Assembly (NCBI RefSeq): GCF_006345805.1
Contig: NC_042997.1
Coordinates: forward strand, 19,592,001 to 19,656,000
Source: Octopus sinensis
Taxonomy: Eukaryota
Length of the DNA: 64,000 bases
Reading direction: 5' to 3'
Shown: positions 1-11,225 of the stretch, in pieces
Numbering within the stretch: position 1 is the first letter of the stretch
How the letters are laid out: the number at the start of each line of letters is the position of its first letter
Notes under the pieces: model-generated
Seen by the model: the letters and a program-made list of their open reading frames with translations, nothing else
The model's database searches: none
Told to the model about the DNA's origin: nothing
Translations under genes and position numbers: made by a program

Positions 1-1289
1 TAACTAAAAGAAATTTTGTTGCTATGCAACTGTGCGTGGGAACCTGTTTCTATTGTGGTTCACTTTTGATATCAATATCATTCTATAATTTGGTATTCAA
101 CAAAGAAATATTTAAATGCAATATAAAAAAGAAACAACAAAAAGAAAGCAAGAAAACTTCTTAAATTTACTATATGCACATTTCTATTTTGCAAAACCAA
201 TATACATTCAATACATTACACAATTAGACATAAACATCTATTTCTTTCAATGATTCATCAAATTTTAAAATTTATTAAACTTTCTAACTAATAACAGTGA
301 GTAAAATATAAAAAGAACAAAAATATTTTTGATGTAATTTCTTTGTTGCTATCAGACAAACAACTTCCTTATTGTTAATGTTTTTGTTTTTGTTTTTGAC
401 TACCATCTAAACTAGTGAAAATATTTGTACCTTACCATTCACTATATTCTACTGGCATTTGTGTTATCAAATGTCAAATAGAAGAAATATCTAAGAAGGA
501 ACAATATTGTTCAAACTTGAATATGCAAACATAAAATTACTAACTCAGCATTTTATTAGTAAGCCACCATTATATTCATGCAACATATATGTAGAGATTA
601 AAATCAATAAACCAAAGGCTTTGATATAATGTACTGATATCTCAAATTTGAAATGCTATAAACTTTATAAAAATACACTCAAACCTCACTACATGAATGA
701 TATCACTGTTGCCAACAATGAAACAATTTCAAGAAATACTGAATAGGTAATGACACATTTTCATCTGCTTACTTTCTCATTTAATTCCTCTGTGAAAGCC
801 AGAAGCATGATATGCCAATATTATAGCTTTCAGGCATTGTTTTCATCCAACATATTGATCCAATAGAAATGACTTTCAATCAGCTAAAGGGTTAGTAGTT
901 GTAGATTTCTTTGTTGTTCAGTTTAATCAGTCTACCTACTGAATTTTAGATTTATACATCTATTGATTGCACAGTACTTGAGAAAGTCTAGCAATAGCTG
1001 TCACTGAATTTTCTTTGTTTAGCAAGTTATCTAATAAATTTGCATACTGTTTACGATTAATTCATTGAAAAATTGTGATAATTTAACATACGCTATAATT
1101 TAGTCAATCGCTGGTCAACTTTGACCGTTCTTAATTAATGTCATTCTTCTGATTGAAGTTTTGATAGAAACCAGTATAAATGTTCACAAAAGAAGGATGT
1201 ATTGATTTCTGAGAAATTCTTTTCTTCAATATGAAGAAAGAAATAGAAAATACATGTTGGCGACATTTTTAGCTATTAATCAATTGTAT

Positions 1290-1313
1290 TGTCCTATAAT
1301 AATGATAATAATG

Positions 1314-1350
<37 letters not shown>

Positions 1351-1380
1351 TAACAATAATAATAATAGTAATAATAATGG
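1290..1380. repeat. (AAT)n microsatellite
   Basis: Long run of ataataata with occasional atg/aca interruptions; explains the poly-Ile ORF 1254..1544. Confidence 0.95.
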
Positions 1381-2280
1381 CTTATTTTATTCTATTTTTA
1401 TATCGATATTTGTTTCTCTTATCATGGCTCCATGAAAACAAGGAATTAGAAACAAAACTCATTAAAATGAAAATTGACACAAACCATCACAATAGTGCAT
1501 TTCAGGTGCTTGGCAAAATAGACAAAAACTGTCAGAATGTTTAGTGCAGGAATGTAGCAAGGTGGCACAAAAAGAATACAAATGAAAATGAGATAGAGTA
1601 AGAACAAAAGACATGGGAAAGTTAATAAAAACTTGGATTCAAAATACATAAGAATTAGTCACATGATCATCAACCTTAAGCTATTTTTGAAAATGGTTAT
1701 TGTAAGATCCTATGGAATTTCTCAGTATGAGCTGATCATGTAATGGGATAAGATCTAGAATTAAAGATAACTGGTGGTTGTTTGTACTGACAAAAATTAA
1801 TCCATCTGAAAGTTTGTAGGAGAGATCAGGATGTTGATTTGCCTTGAGGTGTAAAAGAATTTATGGACTTTATAATCATATCTTGCCAAATGTTACAGTC
1901 TTTTATTTTTCATGACAAATCAGCTGGCTGAGCTTCTGTACAAAGACTCCAATAGATCTACTAAAAATGGCATGAAGATCAAACAAGAGATAAAAGGATA
2001 AAATAATATAAGTCTAAATTATTCCATATTCTATGGTAGTAGATTAAAAAAATGAAGGAGAATATCTTTTTACCAGTTTGTCTTATTTTTTTCAGTCATT
2101 GGACTTGAGAGGTTTAGTTAGACAAACCAATCCAATAACATACATTTTGTAAAGTCTGGTACTTATTCTATTGGTTCCTTTTGCTGAACCACTAAGTTAT
2201 GGGGAACTAAGAAAAAGAACACTGGTTGCCAAGTGGTGGGGCAACAAACATGAACGTAAAGATACACTCATGCCATGCAA

Positions 2281-2311
<31 letters not shown>

Positions 2312-2949
2312 TATACATATATACAGAGAGAGAGGGAGAGATAGTAATGGAGATAAACGCAGTAAAGCTTGACATAAATATATGATGAAAGGCAAAGTCA
2401 GTCTCAGCAGAATTTTAAAATAATAAAGACTAAGATGATGATGATTTCTCTGCATTGGTATAAGATCTACTCAGTAAAATTATATTACAGTAATTAGATA
2501 GAATTTATTTTATTGCTCCTGAAAAATGGAAAATAACACCCACTACACTCGTGGAGTGGTTGGTGTTAAGAAGGGCATCCTGCTGTAGAAACATTGCCAA
2601 ATCAGATTGGAGCCTCAGTCAAACCGTCCAACTCATGCCAGCATGGAAAACAGATGAAAGTAAACATTAAAATGCATATACATTTTGATCAACATTGTAC
2701 CATTTCTCATATTCAGTGGCAACTGCAATAATGAAAACAAGAGATGTTAATGGGATTTGTATAATACATTGATCATGACTCCTTTATCATAATAAAAATG
2801 ATGTCATTGCTTTGTTTCGCTTGTGGTTTGTATAATCCTCTTTCAAATATTTAATTTAATTAATAGATAGCCAAATTCATAGAATATTAATCCATTCATA
2901 TGATGATTCAGAAAAGATTCAGGAAAACATTATATATAATGTCCAGTTG

Positions 2950-3459
2950 TGACCCCCTTCAGTCATTAATGACCATGGGATTGCACCTAGACAGTTACCG
3001 TCTGAGGCATAAGTCTGAGCATGGCTGTTTATGGAAGACCAGCAGTCGCCCATGCATACCAGCCTCCCCTCTCCATGCCACCGATGTTATCTAAGGGAAA
3101 GGCAAAGGCCGATACAGCTTGGCACCAGTGACGTCGCAGCTCATTTATTAACATGCAAGTGGCTGAGCACTCCACAGACACGTGTACCTGTAACGTAGTT
3201 CTTGGGGAGATTCAGTGTGACACAGAGTGTGACAAGGCTGGCCCTTTGAAATACAGGTACAACAGAAACAGGAAGTAAGAGTGAGAGAAAGTTGTGGTGA
3301 AAGAGTACAGCAGGGTTCACCACCACCCCCTGCCGGAGCCTCGTGGAGCTTTAGGTGTTTTTGCTCAATAAACGCTCACAATGCCCGGTCAGGGAATCGA
3401 AACAGCGATCCTACGACCGCGAGTCCGCTGCCCTAACCACTGGGCCATTGCACCTCCAC
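2950..3459 (-). mobile_element. tRNA-derived SINE (family A), near full length
   Basis: Minus strand begins gtggaggtgcaaTGGCCCAGTGGttaggg (A box) ... GTTTCGATTCCc (B box). The body (tatttcaaagggccagccttgtcacactctgtgtc...) recurs at 45330-45510. Confidence 0.85.
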
Positions 3460-3765
3460 ATAATGTCCAGTAATGTAGCATTTACTGAAAGGGAATGTCA
3501 GTGAAGCTAATTTACCTAAATATACCTGCTTCCAAAGTTGTGAAGTTGAACATATATCAGAAATCAATATTATTGTACTTTCATTTATTTTCAGGTATTT
3601 ATGAGACTCGTCACAAAAGTTTTGCAACGTTTTTAAGAGAGGCAATTATAATTGTCCTAGAACATTGTAGCTTTAGTGTATCATTACTATACATATAACA
3701 GGCTGACCAGTCAACTATCTTTTTATTCCATATTGAAGAAGAACAAATGCAAGCAATATTCTTTT

Positions 3766-3975
3766 ATTTGTTTCAGTCATTCGACTGCAGCCAGGAGCAC
3801 TGCCTTTAGTTGGACAAATTGACCCCAGGACTTATTCTTTATAAGCCTAATACTTATTCTATTGTTCTCTTTTGCCGAATCACTAAGTTACAAGAAGGTA
3901 AACTCACCAGCATTGGTTGTCAAAAGATCAGAGTGGGGACAAACACAGACACACAAACATTTACACATATATACA
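3766..3975 (-). mobile_element. SINE family B, 3' portion
   Basis: tttgtttcagtcattcgactgc...gaccccaggacttattctt...gccgaatcactaagttac matches the copies at 7321-7735 and 53956-54338. Confidence 0.8.
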
Positions 3976-4100
3976 TGCAGTCTATTTATAGTGAAAAATA
4001 TTGCATGTGGTGATTAACAATATAAAGTCTATTTCCCAGAATATAGGCATAGAAATTTTTTTTTTTTGCCTTTCTCTATAATTATACATACATATATGTA

Positions 4101-4168
<68 letters not shown>

Positions 4169-4289
4169 TGCTAGCATGGAAAGCGGATGCTAAATGATGA
4201 TGATGATGATATATATATATATATATATATAACATTATTGGTGAATTGAAGAAATGGAGCTGAACGCAGATTGAACAGAAATCGTTTTA

Positions 4290-4379
4290 TTTCATTCTAC
4301 ACGTGTTTCGAAAGGCACAAATTACCAAAATCCGATTGAATAATGGGACCATATTGTGTCTTTCTCTTCAGGAAGAAAA
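4290..4379 (-). ncRNA. Type I hammerhead ribozyme motif, mirror copy in left arm
   Basis: Exact reverse complement of 4507-4596. Confidence 0.75.
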
Positions 4380-4506
4380 AAGGAAATCCGTTGGAAAAAC
4401 AAAAACAGAACAGAGGCGGAGCAAAAACAAAAACAAATCGAACCGAATTTTGTTTTTGTTTTTGCTCCGCCTCTGTTCTGTTTTTGTTTTTCCAACGGAT
4501 TTCCTT

Positions 4507-4596
4507 TTTTCTTCCTGAAGAGAAAGACACAATATGGTCCCATTATTCAATCGGATTTTGGTAATTTGTGCCTTTCGAAACACGTGTAGAATGAAA
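4507..4596 (+). ncRNA. Type I hammerhead ribozyme motif (PLE-type, minimal palindromic stem III)
   Basis: ttttcttc-CTGAAGA(4515-4521)-stem II GAAAGACAC(4522-30)/GTGCCTTTC(4568-76), 8 of 9 pairs-GAAA(4577-80)-CACGTG-TA, cleavage after 4588, then gaatgaaa pairing with the 5' ttttcttc (stem I). AATAAA follows immediately. Confidence 0.75.
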
Positions 4597-5289
4597 TAAA
4601 ACGATTTCTGTTCAATCTGCGTTCAGCTCCATTTCTTCAATTCACCAATAATGTTTTGTTAAGGAAGTGCTATTTTGTTGTCATGGATTAACACAGTTTT
4701 GCTTGGGCAACTGCAGTCAAATGCAGTTGGTCATAAAGCTATAAATACAGTGTCATCTGTTCAGAAAGGAATTCTGTTCCAATCAGTCAGCCAGCAGTTA
4801 GAAGACTTCGATGAGAGTACAGCAATTTTCAGTGGAGCTTCAAATGAACACTACCTCTGATGGCATTACTTCAACATGAACAGCTGTGTTATTTCACTGA
4901 CTTAACACTGTAAACTTCAGTATTACATTAACCTCACACAGCAAATCCTGTTATTTTCTATGGATGGAACCGGCCTGTTTAAACTTCTTACTGCTTTTAT
5001 CGCAGTATGCATTTACCCATTTGTGTAATAATAAGTCCAATGGCTTTTCTTGACTCATACATACAGCAATTGTCTACTCTCATTGCAACCCAAATAAATT
5101 ATGAAGTTTGTTCTAATATAGCCTTCTGATGTATTTATTTGGTAACACTCTAAATTTGATAACACTTCACTCAAGTCACATTCTTACATAGTTACATTCA
5201 AAAACAAAAGCAGCTCTGCTATAGCTGTAGCAGCATTTCGAACAAAACTTACTAAACATTGTTTGTCACAGCTGACCAGTTAAAGAATG

Positions 5290-6705
5290 CAGTTGTGGTG
5301 TGAAGACAATTTAGAATCTTACTATGCAATAAATTTTTGTGTCAGACTGGGTAAAAATATTGGGTTGTCCAGAAATTTCGTGCTGATTTTTAAAAGAAAG
5401 AAAAAGGTCAATAAATACTTGCCATTACATTTTTAATCAACCAAATATGAACCATTTTGTTGCACAATGTGTCTCCATCTTTCCTTTAACATGAAAATAC
5501 CCCTTTCCGAGTTGAGGTGGTTTCATGGCAAAGAATTCATAAAGGTATCTTTTTATGTCATTCAAGGAATTGAAATTTTTACCATTAAGACTATTCTGCA
5601 GAGACCTGAATAAATGGAAATCCGAAGGAGCAATATCTGGTGAATATGGAGGGTGGGGTAACACATCCGAGCCGAGCTGCAGCAATTTTCGTCTGGTTCC
5701 CAAAGCATCAAGTGCCGAAAATGAACTTTCTTATCTTCCATTTCAAAGGGTTACAGAATTAACACAGGTTATAGGAACATAAACCTTCTTCCACGGAAAG
5801 ATAGCTTAAACTGTCCTCTAAATAGAGATGTAGTCAAATCCTATTTTATGAACTCAACCATGTTCTAAAATAAGTCGAAAGGTAAGCTACTACAAATCAG
5901 CACAAACTTTCTGGACAACCCAATATTACAGAAACTTATGAAAATCTCCAGATTGCTTATGGGTAAACTCTTTTTGAGTCAAGATTCTGTTTTCCACTGG
6001 CACAAGAAATTCAAGGATGATAGAGAGGTGGTGATGAGAGGAAGATGGAGATCAAAATATCAAAGCTGATAGAGAAAATTCACAGTTTTCTGGATAAAGA
6101 TTATCCTGTAATTATAAAGACAATAAACATAGAGTTTGGAGTGTGTGGCAACTATACACAAAGTTATTCATAGAGATCTGGACATGAGCAAAATTTGATC
6201 CCAGAGTCCTTGGTGATGAATAGAAGGAAAGATATGTTGACAACAACAGGGAAATGGTTTGGCGCCTTACATCCAATCCAAGAATATTCAAGCCTCTGGT
6301 GAACTGTAAAGCTGGATCTACTGTTATGATCCATAGACCAAGAAAGAGAGAGAGAGAGTGCCCAATGGAAACATACTGGATTCTGCAGACCCAAGATGGC
6401 AAAGCAAAGAAAGTCCACCAAGAGGCTCATGATGATCTCCTTGCTGAAAGTAATGGCATCATTTATATCCACTGGGTTCTCTTTGGCTAGACAGTCAACA
6501 AAGCATACTTTGTGAAGTTTCTGAGTGGGTTCAAGATGAGATATCATTGCAAAAGGCCAGAATGCCTGCTCCAGGGAAATACTCCAGTCCACAATTCCAT
6601 CTGGGTAACTGACTACTTGATAGAGATTGGCAACAAAACTATCTCTCACCCTCCTTAGAGTTTAGAACTTACTCTTTGTGAATTTTGATTGTTCCCCAAA
6701 CTCAT
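5290..6705 (+). mobile_element. Decayed mariner transposase (older element), interrupted by a younger mariner
   Basis: Removing 5360-5925 restores AINFCVRLGKNITETYENLQIAYG in frame. Downstream decayed motifs: WIYCYDP, SAQWKH, GIIYIHWV, TVNKAY, PVHNSI, ISHPP*SLELTLCEF*LFPKL (HPPYSPDLAPCDFWLFPKL-like). Many stops and frameshifts. Confidence 0.85.
5360..5923 (-). mobile_element. Internally deleted mariner (Tc1/mariner) element, 564 bp
   Basis: ~30-bp TIRs ttgggttgtccagaaatttcgtgctgattt / aaatcagcacaaactttctggacaacccaa. TA TSDs at 5358-59 and 5924-25. ORF 5437..5703 contains HPPYSPDIAPSDFHLFRSLQNSL. Confidence 0.95.
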
Positions 6706-6706
6706 C

Positions 6707-7025
6707 GTCATTATCGTCATCCTCGTCGGTTAACATCCACTTTCCATGGTCGAATGTGTTGGACGGTTTGACTGAGGACTGGTGTGCGCAGAAGGCTGGA
6801 CCAGGCACATTCTGATCTGGCAAATTTACTACAGCTGGATGCCCTTCCTAACGCCAACCACTCCAAGAGTGTAGTCGGTGCTTTTACGTGTCACTGGCAC
6901 GTGGGCCAGTCAGGCAGTTCTGGCAATGACCACACACAAAAGGTGTTTTTTACGTGCTACCTGCACAGGAGCCAATCCATGGCCCTGGGAACGATCACAC
7001 TCGAATGTGTGATGATGATGAAACT
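6707..7025 (-). mobile_element. RTE-tail repeat (family C): SINE or RTE 3' UTR fragment
   Basis: (CAT)n-like start, then aacatccactttccatgg...ctggatgcccttcctaacgccaaccac...cttttacgtg shared with 17081, 42020, 47385, 50098 and 55263. Confidence 0.85.
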
Positions 7026-7320
7026 GAAGGAGATGATGAAGGATGTCATGACTATGGTCCTGTACACCTTCATTTTGGAGGACTTCCATAGGGCATTCAC
7101 AAAGTAGCTGGAGCATTGCAAAAAAGGCATTGAACTCAGAGGATCCAACTTTGAAGGAGATTTAGAGTTTTGTACTTCTTTGAAGTTAATAAATGTCTCT
7201 TCTGAAAAAAGTCTTAAAATTTCTGGAATGCACCTTGGAATCTGTTCATCATTACTATAAATGCTGACTTTACAAGTTAAAGGAAATAAAATCATAGGGA
7301 AGAAAACATTAGTTATATCA

Positions 7321-7735
7321 CTCTTTACTCTCTTTTACTCTTTTCATTGTTTCAGTCAATTGACTGTGGCCATGCTGGAGCACCGCCTTTTGTCGAACAA
7401 ATCGACCCCAGGACTTATTCTTTGTAAGCCTAGTACTTATTCTATCAGTCTCTTTTGCCGAACCGCTAAGTTACAGGGATGTAAACATACCAGAATCAGT
7501 TGTCAAGCGATATTGGGGGACAATCACAGGCACACAAACATATACACACACATACATATATAAACATATATACGACGGGGTTTTTTAGTTTCCATCTACC
7601 AGATCCACTCACAAGGCTTTGGTCGGCCCAGGGCTATAGTAGAAGACATTTGCCCAAGGTGCCATGCAGTGGGAATGAACCCGGAACCATGTGGTTGGTA
7701 AGCAAGCTACGTATCACACAGCCACTCCTACACCT
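7321..7735 (-). mobile_element. SINE family B, full length
   Basis: Reverse complement of 53956-54338: head ggagtggctgtgtg...ggttccgggttcattcccactgc, internal (CA/TA) microsatellite, tail gactgaaac(aagtaaaag). Confidence 0.9.
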
Positions 7736-7799
7736 ATTAGTCATAGATATATATTGAAAGACTATGGATTTAGTTAGAATGCATTTGATTACAAGTCTG

Positions 7800-8165
7800 C
7801 TCTTTTAGGCCTAATCTCTGATCAAACAATAACTTATTAAAGTAACTAAGGCCAACCAACAAGTACTTTCTCAACAACACATTCTAACTCCTGTCCCTCA
7901 GATGTGCCATCTCCTCTCCTTACCTTTTCCACTTATTCAACAGTGGCCTCTGTTTCTCAGAGCTTTTTGATTTGATGTCACCTCTGCTGAAGGTTTCCAT
8001 ATTGTTCCCCACTCCAGTCCTCACCAGTTAACATATCAAGTTGCGTGAGCCCACTTTTCTTGAAACTTTTCAGCAGTCTATCCTTGAATCTTATTTCTAC
8101 ATAATCTAATGTTTTTATCACATATATGTCTCTACTGAGCCACAATATTGCCCAAGTTTCTGTAA
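7800..8165 (-). mobile_element. Decayed RTE-like RT C-terminal remnant
   Basis: Minus-strand ETWA..., ...GV..., KWKR*GEEMAHL resembles the RTE C-terminus (ETWA...KWRWAGHVAR); degenerate. Confidence 0.45.
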
Positions 8166-9539
8166 ATAAATGTAATGTTTATATGCATTTATTTATCTAT
8201 CAATTTCATTTCATTTAATGGTGTATAGTTTCTTACTGCAAATATGTTCAAAATGTTTGCTAAATTTGATTTAGGAATACAACAATCCATCTATAGAATG
8301 ATGCAAATATTCCAGTTGATAAAGGTGATCTCTTCTTACTGATTCCATTTTTCTGACATCCAGGACCACACATTCAAATATGTAACATGAAATCAAGCTT
8401 TTGTTGCCCAGCAGAAGCAGTAGTGTCTTAATTAAATCATGTTCCATCAGCTTCAGGATTTATTCCCTATTCACAGGTTCACTTGGCGACATCAAAATGG
8501 AATATTCCTACAACTGGAATGCAATAACATTAAATCACTTCTTGCTGTGTTAGTTGGGAGGTTTCATATTTTGTATTTTGTATATTGTATACCTAACTGA
8601 AAATATTTATTGAACATCATTTGCAACTTCAAAGATACCTTTAATTCACTTATTAAGATAATGATGCCAGTATAGAATGTCTGTGTCTAGTTTACCATTT
8701 GAATAGAATCAGTCTTTTGAAAAAGACAGAAAAATCCTGCAAAAATATATAATGAACTCATAATTTTGTGGATCAATTAAAAGGCATATAATATAATGGC
8801 TGAAAGAAAATGTAATTCCAAAACTGTGATTTTCAAATGAAAGACCTTTAGTAATTTCAGCTTGTATACTATTAAGAGGAAGTAATGTTTAACTTCCTTG
8901 CTTTGCTGCCACCAGTATTTGTTCATTACTCCTAATAATATATTTTCAGAAATCTTTTTTCTCCAAATTTCTTTCTATATTTTCTTTATTTCTTTCGTTG
9001 TACATTCAAAAGCCGAGACAAAAATAGTGAATGAAGGAAAAAAAGCTTGTGTTTGTCATGATTGTAGCTCAATTTGGTTGACTCTTGAGTATGGAATAAT
9101 GTTAAAGATTTACCTGAGAAGTACAGAAATAAATGCAGTAGGAGAAGCTATTGTGGTAACATTAAAAAGAGCCTCTATATGGGAAGAAGGTCAAATATTC
9201 AACATGGAAAGAGAAATAAATTAAACTTATTCAAAGATTCGCCGGATGTCACAGGCACGATTTTCCTGCAGTCATGTGTAGATGTTAACTTTTCTTCATT
9301 CAATTTTGTCACATCTACCTTTCTTGCAATTTTTCTGACTTCGATACAGCAGGAAAAAAAAGGTAGAAGAGAATATTTGATAACAAAAAACTAATTCAAT
9401 GAAAATAAAATAATATAACTAAAATTACAGAAAATTGTTTCTTCTGTTAGCATATGCTGGAATGAAGTAAAATTCCTACATACTAAGAGCCTTTACATAC
9501 TTTATAGTAACATGCATCTGTCTGTCAAATTGTACAATC

Positions 9540-9715
9540 ATACATACAAATATATATATATATATACACACATGTATGTATGTAAGGATATAAATAAATA
9601 TATATATACATGTGTACATGTATATGTGTGTGTACATGTCTGTTTGTGTATCTATATATATCTACATATATATATATCTATACATTCATATATTATATAT
9701 ATGTATGTATATATG

Positions 9716-9766
<51 letters not shown>

Positions 9767-10153
9767 GAATATATACAAACCTTTGTATGTGTATTTATAC
9801 AATTATACATAACTATACTTATATACACCTATGCACATATGTGTATGTGTTATAGGTGACAACTTTCATTACATATATACATGTAAAAGAATGTCTGTGT
9901 TTAAATGTATAAAGAAATTGTTCCAATGCGTAGCTATATCAATGTTCCTAAATTCTTGAAAAGTTTAATTCATAATTTTATTTATGCAAAAGAAAGCTAT
10001 GATTTGAAATATACCTTATATTTGACATCATTATATGAGTGCATAAGTATGTAAGCATATTTATCTATCTGTCTAACTAGCTAGCTTGCTACCTCTCTCT
10101 CTCTCTCTCTCTCTCTGATATGTATATATATTATATATATATATATATATATC

Positions 10154-10185
<32 letters not shown>

Positions 10186-10323
10186 CATATATATAAATAC
10201 ATATATATATATACATATATACATATATATATACATATATATATTATATATGCATATATATATATATGTATATATATACACATACATATTTATATACATA
10301 TATTTATATGTATGTATATAAGT

Positions 10324-10355
<32 letters not shown>

Positions 10356-10475
10356 CATTCATACAGATAAATAGATACATACTATATATCATTTATCATA
10401 TTTTACGACTACATATATATAATATATTTGATAAATGTGTATATATACATATATGTATATATATATATATATACA

Positions 10476-10555
<80 letters not shown>

Positions 10556-10610
10556 CATATATGGCTGTGTAAGTGTATGTGTTTGTATGTGTGACTAGCA
10601 TAATCGTGAA
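9540..10610. repeat. Compound (TA)n/(TATG)n/(CT)n microsatellite blocks
   Basis: Two long TA-rich tracts (about 9540-9860 and 10095-10610); source of the YI-repeat ORFs. Confidence 0.95.
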
Positions 10611-10944
10611 AATACTTGTGGTGACAAGTAAGCACTACATTATGTGCCTGTGCATTAGCAAGTATTCACATGATAACTTTTACAAGCATGCTTTAAATAG
10701 AGTTTTATTATTTTATATTTTAGCTTATATTTAAATTTTAAATCTTGCAATAGGAAATGTATCAACTATATACTTCTGCACATATAATCATATGTACAAG
10801 AGCGAAATGCTAATACACAGAAGCACCTCCCTCACTATTTTTAAGATTTGACTGTCAGTGACATTCTTGAAATATTTTCACAATGGTAAAGATAGAAGTT
10901 GGTAGGCAGGTAGCTATGATGGAGGAAGAAATGTAATGTGTGAA

Positions 10945-10971
10945 GGCAACAACAACAACAACAACAACAAC

Positions 10972-11012
<41 letters not shown>

Positions 11013-11225
11013 TGATGATGATGATAATAATAATATTAATATTGTAAAAAAGGGAAGACTTGAATTGAGAAGAGAATAATGGGGGTGGAAAAGGTGTGAA
11101 AGAAGAGAAGGGGAATAGTAAGAGAGGATATGTGGAAGAAGAAGAAGAAGAAGAAGAAGAAAATGAAGAAGAAGAAGAAAATGAAGAAGAAGAAAATGAA
11201 GAAGAAGAAGAAGAAGAAAGAAAAA
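10945..11225. repeat. (AAC)n(AAT)n(GAT)n and (GAA)n microsatellites
   Basis: Seen directly; explains the poly-L and poly-E ORFs. Confidence 0.95.

Larger units (their letters stand above)
4231..4655. repeat. Perfect fold-back palindrome: 207-bp arms (4231-4437 / 4449-4655), 11-nt spacer
   Basis: Base-by-base comparison found no mismatches between the arms; spacer is tcgaaccgaat. The ORF track shows mirrored ORFs here. The left end abuts a (TA)n tract. Confidence 0.97.

Noticed and set aside
3395-3459. tRNA-like sequence with A and B boxes (also 38490-38565 and 45230-45300)
   Set aside because: These are SINE heads continuous with SINE bodies; no complete cloverleaf or acceptor stem.
4297-4589. 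Six overlapping 70-77 aa ORFs on both strands
   Set aside because: They are mirror images produced by the palindrome and have no protein-like motifs.
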